A stretch of DNA of 64,000 nucleotides from Tubiluchus corallicola (Eukaryota; Animalia; Priapulida): positions 248,001-312,000 of the forward strand of contig JAQGDQ010000105.1 of assembly GCA_030141605.1 (NCBI GenBank), read 5' to 3'. Below, piece by piece: positions 12,499 to 26,823 of this stretch (within the stretch, counting starts at the first letter, position 1; the number at the start of each line of letters is the position of its first letter). The position numbers and the translations under genes were made by a program. The notes under the pieces are model-generated. The model searched no databases and was not told the DNA's origin. It was given only the letters and a program-made list of their open reading frames with translations.

Positions 12499-15400
12499 TC
12501 TATAGTTAATTACAGCTTTACGAAGTCTTATTTAAAAGTGAAATTCGCATTTGCTGTGGAACTGATCCACATCGTATCCATATCCATATCCAGCTACTAG
12601 TAAACAAAGTGTGGGCACGTGCTCGCGATGATAACTATTAGAATTTACTTATCATGTGCATAACCAATGGTTAACAATCGGTTACGTATGTCTGGATCTT
12701 TGCTATAAAGGAACTTTAATTATGAAATACATGTACATGTATAAAGTCTTACTTGACGCTAATTCCGCAACTTTCCACTAAAGTTGCGCATCATGAATCT
12801 TGAAAGTTCGCCAAACGACATTGATTCGAATTTCTTAATATAGTAGTTATAAAGAAAGATTGAATATTAAATAAGCAGCGCCAGCAGAGCTGCTTCCATT
12901 CTAAAACACTGGCGGTTTCGAGTAGCGGTTTCTTTGTAAAATCATGATTATTGTGTCGCCTAAAAAGCTTAAAATTCCGCAAGCTGATTTTCCAATCAAG
13001 GCCGACGGATTTTAGTTGTAAAGCTAAAATATAAATTTTTTGAGAAACTAAACAGTACTGTCGGTAGATTTGTACTAGAAATTGTTTACTTGCGTATTGG
13101 AGACCTGTGTGGTGATTTTGCGATGCTTTTATAATTCTATTTCAGTATAATTTAAATCTTATTATAGCCTACTCTTATGTTATGTCATATTAAAATAATG
13201 TGGATAATTTTGTTCCAGTAATCCCTACAATTGGCACTTAATTTTCCAGGAAAATAAAAACCAACTTCCACAGTACAAAAAAACATCTTTACTCACCTAA
13301 CGTTTCAGCATTCTTACTAATGCCACAATCGGAATACAGTAATAACTTGATTCTGAAAAGATTTTCAGTTTGTCATTTTCGCCGAATTTGTTAAAAATTG
13401 TTGGCATTGCATAATTGCTTTTTCTGTCCACGCAGACAGATGTACACGCAAACGGCACTATGCAGGCGAACATTTCATTTTGTTTTGTCTATTGATAACA
13501 GCATTGTTTACTAAAATACGATTTTTTGGATTGTGAGCCATCTTTCCGAGTCTTTTGAATGGCTGGTCATGATAAGTTCCACTTCAGTTTTGAAAATTGG
13601 TTTCTGCTCCTCGGCTAAGGGACGTTCAATGTCAGAATTGTAAATGACGCCAATAAACTTTTAAGTGTACCCCATATTCGATAGCTTTAAAACGCTGTCC
13701 CGGTTCTTTGTGTTGCGCTAGCACATTGTATAGTACTGTTATTGCAGACGTGCGCTTTTGTTACAATAAATGATCCTTGGACAGTGAAGACAGTGAGAAC
13801 TGCAGATAACGGTTGTACTTGTAAATGTGAAAGTGTCATTAGAACTGCAGGCCATTATATCTGTGTGGCAGCACGCCATTTACAAGCAATCGGTGTTTTA
13901 TTTGTGTTTCAAAATAGCCCTATCCCAAAAGAACTTAATCTGCCTTATAGAAATATATGTAGCATGTTACAATGGTGGCACACTAGCCCGCATTTTAAAA
14001 AGAAAACTTGCACTTACTATTTTTTAATTTCACGCTTAAACAGCCACTATAGCGATTGTACTGTTCAAGCGTTCACCTCATAATTTCACATTTGAATACT
14101 TACTGCACTACTTAAGTGTTTGCTTTAATTATCGTGCTGCATTTACATAACCTAATTTCTCAATTTTCGCGTTCCTCAACTGAAGTGCTTTGTTTCGCAT
14201 TAACTTCCTCAACACATGTTAATGTTCAAGTACTTAATTTCATATTAACTTGACTAGTTTATTAATGTTTAATTTAATTATTACGTTTAACTTTAGCTTT
14301 TGTTTTCAAAGCTCCATTGCGTCTTACTGCACTATAAATGTTGTTTTGCAACATTTAAATGTTATGATGATTCATATCTGATAAGAACGATTGCACACCT
14401 CATTGTCATTGAAACAGTTTGCTGAATTTCACTTGGCTGTGTTTGGTGTAACTGTTTTTCATGAGATCTAAATTTATTTTGGCTGTAAGCTTAGTGTAAT
14501 ATAATATAGGAAAACGCTGATATAGATATGCTCACTAACCCGTACCTATGACCATTGCATTCTATATACGATAACTACAAGTCATGGAATCACATAAAAT
14601 ATCAGTGTCTGATAAATAACAAGCGATCATATTATGTGTGTATGCATCACGAAAGGGTTGTTAATGCAACCCAAAAATCGATTCTACATGACCCCAATAC
14701 CTTTCTAATTTTGTATTCGCTGTTTCTTATTCAAAGTTTACGGATAATAACGCAAACCTAATCCATTATGCTCCAGTGTTATAAATATAAGCGCTAATGA
14801 GAGTGTTGGTGCAAACTGAAGCATATTGACAGGCAAAGCATTTATAATTTGCTAACACTGTGATAAATTAATGGTATAGATCGTAATGCAGAGGAGTTAG
14901 GCCTACAGTGAAATTGTTTTATTATGACGATCATAAGCAAAAATCACGAAATTAACTGTTTTTTTGTTTTATTTCATTTTTGTTTATTTATCGACATTTA
15001 TGCGTATATTAAAATGCAGTAGTATAAAAGAAAGAAATCAGCAGGCGCAAGCGTACCTACGCTGATCCTGTAAAAACAGAAAATGACGCTCATAAATAAA
15101 AATTTATTAGAATAACGCCCTAGATTCAAATACATCTCATTAAAAGGCTCCCTATAAAATGTAACGAAATATTAATGATATACGCTATACAACAGATATG
15201 GTTTGGAAAGAACCAATTAGTCGTATGATAATCTTTCATGTTTCGGATCAAAGTTACAATAAGGCAGTAAATTAACGTTAGCTAATCGATTGCTAAAAAC
15301 TGACAAAGTAGTAGCATTAAGAACGATATTATAAATTATTCTGTACTGTTACTCGTAGTTGTTCTAGGTAGTTGTGCAATAGGTTACGTACCATCCTGTA

Positions 15401-18400
15401 TATACACGTCCCATGATGTATACATCAATTATAGAGTCGCTTCTCCTAGCAAAACGTTTAGTTTTAGTGAATACAAATTATACCTTCATTACCTAATTTA
15501 GATTGACACAGAAAAATCAAAGTTTGTCCAGCTTTATGTTCACATGGTTATCACCATATCCTTTATACTACACATGAGGTCATTGGCTTGAAAAACTGAA
15601 TCTTAAAATATTACATTACCTCCATTAATCCATAACGCTTCATGTGGGATATTATTCCGCTGTAATGTAATGAAGGATAATTTTCATTCATTCGGTAAAA
15701 CAGTAACACGCAGTTATGCCAGAAAACTACCGTAATTTGGTTTATGGATTATGATGCACTGTGATTATAATGTTATTTTTGTCGTACAGTGAACCAACTG
15801 CGCGTTATTGATGTGGTTCTTGTCGTTGTCGTTGACGTAGTTGTGGCTGTGGCAGTGGCGATGGTGGTTGCAGCGGAACTGTAACTGTTGTTGGTGCTGT
15901 TGTCTTTGTTTTTCCTTTCGCTATTGCTATTGCTGTTAATATGTGCATATTTATTATTTTTTTATTCTATGTGGTTATGTCACCAATAAGCATTCAAGCG
16001 GTACGTAGTTTTGCCTGCTGAAAGACTACGATAAGCAGCAGATTTTAAATTCTATACTCAAATGGTGTTTGCAGACATAAGTTACGACAGAGGTATCAGT
16101 CTATTGGTTAAAAGGTTAGCATTAAGTAGTTATTACATTATTTCTTGTGTTCAAACTTTACAGATGGTACTCACACATTTCGCCGATCAAAATCATTGTA
16201 ATTAAACTTTAAAAAATCTGTCTTTAATAACTTAAATAAATGGGACAGAGTTATGCTTGTGATGACAATCGATTAAATTACAGAAAAAAAGCTGCACGTG
16301 TAGCATCTCTTGAGAAGTACCAAGCACATACTGAACGGATTTATAAAAATGTATGTCTACTTAAACTGCAGCGTATTGAGAAAACTTAAATTTTATTTTG
16401 ACTTATTTTTGGACACATTTTTTCTTCTGTAATATTATTGTTGTGCATGTGAACTATACTCTTAAGACATTATAAATGTCGTTTCAATCTCATTTTCGGT
16501 TAGTTGTGTTTTTGTAATAGGCATGACTGTTCCATTAACATGTTTTTTCTTTGCGTGATTCCGCATATAGATAAGTGTCATAGTCTCACTTTTCATTATT
16601 ATCTGTATTTATTATGTAACTCGATAATGGGTCACTTTACTTTGGGTGGCCTGTACGTACTTTGGATGGCGTTGGTCTTTTCGCCTTTATATCCCTGGGC
16701 AATTTTTGTGTTGTATCTTGCTTATAAACAAAAAAAGTAAAATAAATAGCAAATATTATTATTATATATTGGTGTCAAACAAAATTTTGAGTGTGATTTC
16801 TATTTTGATTTACTATTTTTCATACAGCACAGCATTGTTCAGAAGTAGTCATGGCTATTACCTTATGGATCTTCCTTAAAAATATAAATATAGCAGCAGG
16901 GCAGTATGGCGCCTAAATCCCCCATTGGCACTTTTGCCAGCAATCGCTTAAAATGCGGATCATGCCAGCGGTGCTTGAAGTGGCGTTTATATTACATGGG
17001 ATGCGGATACGGATGCGTTAACCATTGCGGAACAACCTGCGGAAAAAACCAATAGGAATAAGTTGCAGAAAAAAAATAACGTATAACGCAGGCTGCATAA
17101 ACGTTTGCATTAAAAACAATATAAACCGATTTTATTTATTCGGTATCCCCCAAAACATATCCGTATCTGCATCTAGCTAAACGTCACTTAGCAGTGGTCG
17201 CTAAGGTAAAGAAAGACCCCTCAGATATATCTCTCGCCTTTGATATGGCGACGATAGTGTTATTTCTTTGGGTTTTGTTCTCACCACATGCTATACAGTC
17301 AGCTTCCAGTCTATACTTTAAGGTAAAAACTGGCATGTAATTATGCGTTATAATGTTTTGTATAATGAACGAAACATCAACTTGAAAAACGTGAAAGACT
17401 TTTTACCCCAAAATCGCCTTCAAGGCGTTAATTATTTAGATTATTCCAATCCTTTTATATGGATTGACGGCTCTCGTTGCAAAGCCCTTTCATTACGATT
17501 AATCTACTTGTAGTTATTCCACAATGTCTTTTAATTAGTATGATATGAGTAAGGAAAACAAAAAAGTCCCTTTCTAAATGTCATTCAAAAAAATAATTAA
17601 GGCAGATTAAAGAGATTCTGAAAGAAAATTCTACAGATAGAGATATAGTTGATGTCCAGAAGATCTTCTTCCTTTCAAGATCTTACTATAGTCTTGATGT
17701 TTCATCTTAATTTTGCGCCTCAATAATTAGCTGAGAATTGCTAATAGGAATAATTAAGAAAAAGAAAAGATTTGCATAGAAATTGTAAATTTTAATTATT
17801 GGCGTTGTTGACGTATCCAAAATTGCAAGATCAAAATTTGTTTTAAATGTCACTGAAAGTAATGAGTGCGTATTAATTGCTGCATAGTAGAATTGGGATA
17901 TGAGCTCATGAGCTTTCACCTCAGTGTTTTAAAAGTTGTTCCTCAGCGCATTCAAAAACTGTACACCGTTGCAATTTGGCTGAATAAATCACTGAAGGTG
18001 TCAATTAGTCTTGAAAATGAAATTTCAGGGCTAGACTTTAAGATCTGATCTCATTCTACTCGCATACATATCTCTCCGGCCCACTAAATAATCCAGAAAA
18101 CAAACGCTTTGAGCCATCTTAGCATTCCGTCTGAGCGCAGTTTGAACGAACCAATAAAGCCTGCTTGGATCATTGGAAAATCCGCTGAGTTTTCTTAATA
18201 AGTGTAAACTCGGACGCTAGTAGTATCCCTGTTGCGTTGTTGGAATAATAATGCTCAATGTAATACTAGGTGTCTACTTTATGGCAACGTCACAGTAATA
18301 GAATTAAAGAGAAATCTAACTCGAAATATAACTGTTTTCGCTATGGTAATTACTGAACGTGTGAAATATCACAAAAAAATGTCAATCAACCAGTGAGGGT

Positions 18401-18532
18401 CTATCTCACGACGGCCAATTATAGCTCTCCTTTTGTCTTTCCCCCTTCTTCACCTGAGTGGCGCAACAAAAGCGGCTCCCAAACACGTGCAGGAATTGCA
18501 TTGAAATATACTGCGAGAGTTAAGGTCAAGTG

Positions 18533-18680
<148 letters not shown>

Positions 18681-19214
18681 TTTTTTTCTCCAGCCATACA
18701 AGATTTCTGCAACTAAAATTTGTCTAGTAGTAGTACAGAGATATATAGTGACGAAACATTATGTTTGAGTAATAGCTGTGTAGACGTATAGTGCCTGAAA
18801 GATTAGAAACAGTCAGATTTGTCAATTTCTCCGAGCCAAAAAAACTTCAAACAAATATGCCGCTAAAAAATCTCTCCCAGCTAGGTAGATAACATGAGCC
18901 GAGCTTTCAAATTAATAAAAACGCTGTCTGTCCCAAGGTAATTAGTTTCTTTTTTTTTAATTAAAGCTTTTATGCTGTTATAAAAGATTACCAAATGCCA
19001 CTATTGCATTAATGTTTATTAAGATCGAACATCCAGTATTTGGCAGACCTCTTACTTGTTATTCACAGTTTATATGGGGTAATTAACTTCTGTTGCTTAA
19101 AGCCTAATATTGCTTATATTAGTCTTTAAGACTGTTTATTTATAATGTCTAATATGATCTTAAACGTATGATCATTTTGTAGATTTTATAAAAGATGCTT
19201 TCCTTGTAAAATAT

Positions 19215-19510
19215 TTTCTCTGTACCAGTTAAACTTTTCCAGTACTGAACTTTCCTAGCACTAAACCTGTTCCGTACCATTTTTACTTTGTACCGGACTT
19301 ACTTGTACCAAAAATGCTTGCCAACCTTCGCCAGTACTGTATTAAATCTTACCGCTACCTCATTTTCTCTGTTCCCATCTTTCTTTGTGCTAAAATTTCG
19401 CTGTACTAAAAAAGACTAGCAGCAAATTTTCCCGGCAACAAAACTCCCTTTTACCAAAATTACTAGGAACAAACTTACCTGTACCAAACATACTAGTACC
19501 AAATTTTTCC
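19215..19510. repeat. Degenerate minisatellite of ..GTACCAAA..TTCC units, likely MITE-derived
   Basis: Recurring GTACC/GTACT + AAA(C/T)TT units at roughly 15-20 bp spacing. Confidence 0.45.
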
Positions 19511-19681
19511 ATGTTTTTCAGTTTATTTACATTCTGTAAGCCCTTGCAGCGAGGGAGTTTGTGGGAATGTGTGTACCTCATCAAGTTCGGCGAGGCTAAA
19601 CGCGGCTCGCGATCTGAAAACACAGATCGCTACAGGCATTACTCTGTGTCTATCTATTAACTCACTCTCTCTTTCCCACGG

Positions 19682-19684
<3 letters not shown>

Positions 19685-19757
<73 letters not shown>
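19685..19757. repeat. (CT)n microsatellite
   Basis: Directly visible. Confidence 0.97.
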
Positions 19758-19763
<6 letters not shown>

Positions 19764-22589
19764 TTCTCCCCCATCTATATGTCTGCTTGTCAGTCCCGTG
19801 ATATGTTGTCGCTTATTGTACCGAGTACGCGATTGTAGTATTATGGTGACCCATTTAATTGTCAGTCTACTACACTAGAGTACTGAATTAGTCTATGCTG
19901 CCATCTACAGTTGTTGTTTTGCTCTAATTATACAAAGTTTGTCAGAGATTGATTTTTGTTTCTAAATATTATTTCCTTTTGCTTTGATAGATATTCATTA
20001 ATCAGAGTAATTAGATTGTTAATTTCATGCTTTAATTCTGGTTCTAACTCTCTAGTTTAAATAGAGAAAAATTATAACATTATAACACAGCTTTCTGTAA
20101 ACCAATAATCTTTATTCTGCTGTCAAAGAAGTCAAGTAGACTTTGATTTTGGTTTAACTTGTAGTCTGTAGAGTATAGGTGACCTTTCCATTTATGGTCG
20201 GTATGCATGAATGTGATGTACCTTCCAATAGGAACTTGTATGTCTGGTCATGTGATTACAGCTTTATTCTCTCAGGCATACAAGTTTCAGTTGATCTAGA
20301 GACAGCAATGAGAAAGGATGCAAAATTTCTACTGCAAAATATCATATTGCTAACTTAATGACTGTTTTTTCAATTTTATGGTCTGTGAACATTGTATATA
20401 AAATGATTGCAAATTTCTACATATGTATATGAATTTGGTAAAGGTTGAAATAAAATATTGAATCAAAAATAAAAAAATCTGTCCGTCTGTGTTTGTTTCT
20501 CCTTTACGTTTTCCTCGCCTTGCTGTTTTCTCTCTTACTTATGAAGTGTTACTTCTTCAAGCCAAAACTCCCCATAGCGTCACTAAACACATTCATTCTA
20601 ATAAAATCCGCAAACATTAGCAGGCAACGCAAAGATGTAGAAAAGCAAGACTATATAGATTAATGAAATTATACGTAGCAATTTTTTTATTACGTTAACG
20701 TGATGTGTAAGATATTGTTTTGGCGAGAAGTGCTGTGATTTTTTTATGTGCTAATTTTTGTTTCTTCACTCCGCCTTTTCTCGTACAGTTTTATTGGCAC
20801 ATCCAAAACGATCTGTTGTTTTGCAGACTTTGACAATTTATCGCAAATAGCCAGGTGTAAGATCAGACATTTTTACGCCAAATTTATCACATCACTCAAT
20901 AATCTTACTAGAGAACCAACTACAAACTCTCCTTCTCGATAACTGAAACTCAGACTAACTTAAATGGGTTTACAGCATTTTCTCGATTAATACACATTTC
21001 TAATTTTTATTTCCGAGTTTGCGGTAACGTCAGATAAAATTATTGGCCTTATTTATTATTTAATCACCTATCAATTTGCCCAATTTAAAAAGCTAAGAAA
21101 AAATCCTATAACAGCATTCGAATCACGATCTGCTGTGAAAATTTGCATTACATCTGAGTGAATTATAATATAAATCGTCAAATCAATTGCTTGTAAATAA
21201 AAATTAACAGTCTGCACATGACAGTTGAAAGTTAAGAAATGTTTTTATGATTTATGATTAGTTATAGTAACTTGTTACATTTTTTGCTCCACATGATATG
21301 GATTTTTAATGGCCGGGTCCTATTTTGTAATTTGACATTTCTTCTTTTAAAATGAGCAAAAAACTGCGTGCACAACATATCGTACTAATAAAAGTAATAA
21401 AAAATAAGGTTTGGCAATAAAATCTTGAAATCTGAAACAAAAAACAGTCTTTGTCTGTTTTTGTCTATAAATGGATTACGCCTATTAACTGGATCTTTGC
21501 TATTATATACATTGTTGCATTGTTGTAGTTACTTTCATCCTTGGATCTTTCTCAACAATGCATATTCTGAAATTTACAACCCATGACAACGTATGCGCTG
21601 CGGCTTTCCATGCTCATTTATGTAAATGTGCATTTTAAAATGAAAGATTAATCGTCATCATCCTTTTTCTTATTGAAACCATTAACTTAACAACAAATGA
21701 GCAAGTACATAATGCCTCATCCAAGCATATTGTGTTTCTATTCTGGGTTCCTTTTCTGTTTCTCCCTCATCACTTCTTCTTCTTTTCTCCTTCTCCTCCT
21801 CTTTCTTTTCCATTATTGTTTTTTCTATTATTCTTGCAATTTGAAAATTTTTAAATGTGGAAAGCTAAGGAAGCATAAATGATTTAAAGATTTAAATGTT
21901 TAAAGGTTGATTTATACACATGAACATCAAATTATATACAAAAATTTCATAATAGGAATAACAATATTACGTTGACTGAGGTCAAACGTACAAACCAACA
22001 TCGGACTGAAGAGGAAGGTAAGCTTTCGTGCCTCGCTCCAGGGTTGCTGCAAGCATCAGTGCAGAGACAGGGTGAAAGCTAGTGAATATGTTAAAAACAA
22101 TAAAGCATCAGAAAATGAGTGAGTATGGCATTAAAACAACACAAAGTACAAGTAAGTTAAACTGACGATGCTAATGTTGTACAGTAAAATTTGGTTATTT
22201 GGGTAGAATGCCGTGATAAAAGATGATCAAAAATACCAATTTTGAACCGGCGTATTGGATAGTTTTTGACAACAGTGGGTATTTGTGCCTAGAGCTGAAT
22301 GCTGGTGCATGAAGGCCCTCAAGGGTTACGAGGAGAATAATTAGAATGGATAGCAGCAGCAGAGTAATTGTCAACTGCCCTACGAGTAAAGTAACTATGA
22401 ATTTGTTGAACGAGTATTAAAAATTCGCGAAAAACTGGATGAAAGCAGTTTATGAAAATATTTATACATAAATAATAAACACTCACAGTGAAATCGTGAA
22501 AAGTGATGTAACAGCTAGTTAATTAGTTAAATGATGACGAGATAATGACAAGGATGGAAACGATGATAAAAATCATCATGACAGTCGTT

Positions 22590-22602
22590 ATGATGATGAT
22601 GT

Positions 22603-22696
<94 letters not shown>
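22590..22696. repeat. (GAT)n microsatellite
   Basis: Directly visible; explains the poly-M and poly-S ORFs. Confidence 0.97.
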
Positions 22697-23199
22697 AAAG
22701 TTAAACCGAGGCCGCCAAAGACTTCTTTAGAAATTGAATTTATGTAGTATTTAACTTGATGATTAAATGATAAATTTTTCCTTTTCAGCCTGACAAAAAA
22801 ATCAATCAGCACTCCGACGAAAAAAATTAATCAGAGTGGTTGATGGCTAAGCAAACTTTGTTTCTGAGAGGATGCATGTTAGGGATTACTGTCAAACGCA
22901 GTCCTAATAAGCTTCTAGAGCTGCGACATTTTAGCAGATATACCTGCGATAATATACATGTCTTTAACATTTCTACTATGGTCCTCTTGTCTCTGTTCTT
23001 AACAATGCATCGATTTTAATAATACCGTGAACGCGGAGTTTTGCAATTTGGCTTTGGTAGCAAAACCACGAAAAAATTCGTTTGGAAGCTATATAACAGG
23101 GTAAAATCGGACCGAGCTTTCAAAAAACCTAGACAATTTAGCATCATAAACGTCGTCGTCGTCGCTGTCGTAGTCGTTGTTGTTGTTTAGTACTGACGC

Positions 23200-26100
23200 A
23201 TTATTACCGAACACAATTGACAATATACAGGGTAGTATCAATTTTTCCATGTGTTTGTTGTCATCATTTTGATTCGTACTCGTGGTGCAATCAAATCAAA
23301 TAAACAAACAGATCAACAAGCAAATAACATTAATTAACAAGATTAGCAAGCAATGTGAATATATACAATTAAATGACAGTAAGATATGTTAGTATGGCGT
23401 ACAACTCATTCCTGTCAAAAAATCAAAACAGTTACGTTCTAGAGCCCATATAACTTCTTTAATGAAATTTACAGTCCGTATTTGTTCATTGCTCATTACC
23501 TCTTACATCTAATGTACAAGAAAAAACCTTAGAAAGAAAATTTTCATTTGTGTAAAAAGTTTTGCACTCGTTACAAATAGATAAAAAATTATAACCCATT
23601 ATAGAAGAGGCATGAAATCGAGAATTATGTGCAAAGAAATTGGGTATATGATTTTCGCTGTATAAGTAACTATGGTAATTTTTGCAAATCGTTTTTGTAA
23701 CTGTTTAAGTGGAGGAACAACATCACATATAAAAGGAAGACAATATCTATGTGATGTAAACGGCAAATCCAAAGCTTTCTTACTGCAACATTCCAAGCTG
23801 TACTTTATTTAGAAATTTTACTGTCGAGTTTCCAGGTTTGACTTCCGTAGTAACTGTGACAGTAGCTCCGGAAGACACGTGATGTTAAATCTGTGTATAA
23901 GTAGGAAAAATTAGCAATAACGTAACTAGCTCGGTATATAAAATGACTGCGTTTTTCAGAAATGTCATCATCATCTTGTAAATCAAAAGTTAAAATGTGA
24001 CCCAACTGAGTAACCTGATTGCAAAAAGGCAATGGCCTGTTTTCAAATAAAATTAGAGGTTTGTGTTGTTTTACTCTACATTTACCATTTCTAAAAATAG
24101 TATATTTACTTTTTACCTTATTATTTTGCATATTAGAGAAATTTATATTGAAATGATTACCATAATTTTCACATATAGTTACCTTATATTGCAAAAATTT
24201 AGCATTAGGTGCGAGCAATGATACATCATCTGTGTAGCCGGGGGCCCCCAGTATAAATGTTGCCAACCATACATCCAATATCAGAATCACGTAATTTAAT
24301 CAAAAGACCATCAATATAGACACCAAATAAAACAGGAGATAATATTACCCCCCCCCCGTCTTACCCCATTAGAGAGATGCATTTCTTTAGATATAAAATT
24401 ATTCCATTTAATGCAAGCATATTGCTGCGTATATAAATTTAACGAAACTCTTATTATACAATAGGGGATGTTTCTACCAATTAACAAATTAAACAGACTA
24501 CAGTAATGAACCTTATCGAATGCTTTCGATGCATCAAGCATGGCACAATACACCTGACAACCGTTGTTTAAGTAATGATTGACAGTTTCTTTAAGAGCTA
24601 TTGTACACATGGATGTAGATAATTTGGGTTTGAAGCCGAATTGTTGGTCTGAAGTACATAGTAAGAAACTGAATTTACTCAAAATTAACAAATCTAGAAG
24701 TTTACTCAAAGAAGAAGTCATTGCAATGCCTCTGTAGTTAAATATGGCTGACAAATTACCTCATTTATCTTCAATTATGGGTACTATGTTAGAATAAAGA
24801 AAATTGTTAGGAACAGTGCCATAGTTGATTATCACGTTAAACAACATGCTTAAGTGAATGAATAAGATGTGTGAGAAATTCATCAAATCACCAGAAGACA
24901 GACCCGCAGAACCGTCGCCTTTACCAGATTTTAAGTGAGTAATTTTTGCAGCTATGTCATTCACTGAAAACAAAGGTTGTTAGTATATTCAATATTATCC
25001 TGAACAAGTTTGTTTAAATGCTGCATTACAATGTTGTAAAGTTTTTCACATTCTTCAGCAAAAGTTTGAAATCTCATTTTCGTCTGTTAGGCCCTCAACA
25101 CAATTAGCAGTAAGATTATTGCCGCGTTTCATTGCATGCAAATCTTTAGACTAAAATCTATAGAGTTATTATTTTGGAAATATTCAGCAAGCTTCAGTTT
25201 GCGCATATCTAATTCATTCTTTTTAACGTAACGCACAGCGCAGTGATATCGCCAACGCGTGCGGCATCTAATGCCATTAACAATTCCTTGATTAGGTTTA
25301 CCGGCAGCAACCCATAGATCATGCCAAAATAAGGACGTTCTGTCGGGCCGGTTCCGCAAACGTATTCCACCCCGGAATAACCTTGCTGTTCTCTTTACAA
25401 CAAATTTTTGGTATTTTGGCTGAGCTTGATGCTAAACATGCATTAACTATTGCTTCACAATATTCATTAATAGCATTGCAATGAATTGTACAATTAACGT
25501 TTTCACAGTATAAGGCGTCATGAGGTAAACTAATATTACTAAGCAATAAGTTTAGATGATAATGATACGGTGTGATATGATTCTCATTAGCTTTACCATT
25601 CTCATTACCATGCTATTTTGGGCTGTTTAGTTAATCTCGTAATTCCAGTTTTATAAAAGCTCATATCAAGAGACAGGAGGACAGGACAATGATCACTGAG
25701 ATTAGAGCCTCTATGAATGACACTACAATGTTTAACAGCATTTTAAGTCCGGTGCTAATCACAAAATGGCCAATAGTTGATTTGGCCATATTATAATGAT
25801 TGCAGTAAGTAAAATCAATTTGTGATTTATCGTGATCAATGCAACATAGTAAGTTCCACGTTTCAATAAATTGTTATGTTATTTGGATTGTTGTTTGGAT
25901 TGTAACTATGTATCAGTCTACCAATTTCACCAAAAGTCTCTGTGAGAGTAGTGACGTCATTGAAATTCGCGCGTCACTGTCATATGGTAGATAAGAATTT
26001 ACGAAGAGAGTCAGCACATCATTTTCTCTGGCTTCTACCGCACAGACTCTTCTAGAATTTAACTTTATCGGCTGAAGATTGGTTTGCGTCTTGCGAAAAA

Positions 26101-26400
26101 GCCACCGTACGGTCTACCAAAGAGTATAGAAGCACTGGCGTCAACTCCCGAGCATGCTACTACGTTATGGGCAGTTGACAAGTCATCCAATTTGCCAAGC
26201 TGTGATTCTAACAGCCAATGTTCCTGCAAGAATAGAGTTCGGCTAAAAGTTCCTGCATGTACGTTTGCCTGTCTATTGCAAATCCTCTAGAATTGAAAGT
26301 AGTGATATTGAGCTCCATAAACAGTTTTTAATTAGACAATTTCTAGCATTTTGTCATTTGCAGATCTGGGCTTATAAAATTTCCTGCAGGCTCACTGCTC
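23200..26400 (-). mobile_element. Decayed non-LTR retrotransposon (APE endonuclease + RT), probably RTE-X-like
   Basis: Minus-strand fragments: ORF2 start at 26318 MELNITTFNSRGF..LQEHWL..GRPYGG..RRVCAV..NSYLPYD..GSNLSDHCP (endonuclease); LFWHDLWVAAGKP..RTRWRYHCAVR; RT motifs NYRGIAMTS..QFGFK..LDASKAFDKV..NGVRRGG..GYTDDVSLLAP..YGSQTW; frameshifts and stops throughout. A possible ORF1 tail (CRKFYKPR) lies near 26360-26390. The clade is inferred from motifs. Confidence 0.9.
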
Positions 26401-26781
26401 TTATTTTACCCTGAAGATTGCAGACTGTGCGAGATGCGCAACGCTTTCAAACAAAATTATGGCAGCATGATAGGTTTCCTATTTTTCCAGCGATACTTTG
26501 ATGTAATAAATTGCTCTTTACTACTCGTGATTTTTGTATTCCTTAGCAAAATTTACGTTCCACCCTGTACATTAAGATTTCTAGAGGCTAGATTTGTTTA
26601 AGAAACTCTGAAAGTGTTATTAAAAGCAGAAAATTACACTTCATAACGGTACCTCTTTGCACTGTTGATATTTCATATAAAGCTGTAATTGAAGACTAGG
26701 CGGCCTTTAATTAAAAAAAAGAACAATAATTTTGCATTGAAATCTTCCCACAATCTTCTTCTGTGCCTTATGTTTATTAAG

Positions 26782-26782
<1 letters not shown>

Positions 26783-26818
<36 letters not shown>
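26783..26818. repeat. (TA)n microsatellite
   Basis: Directly visible. Confidence 0.9.

Positions 26819-26823
<5 letters not shown>

Noticed and set aside
21980-22340. Possible RTE-like LINE tail (GYLGRMP..KR)
   Set aside because: The motif is too short and degenerate to call without a search.
23805-24754. Reverse transcriptase as a possible retron/DGR/group II intron system
   Set aside because: It is fused to an APE endonuclease, frameshifted, and in eukaryotic DNA: an ordinary dead LINE.
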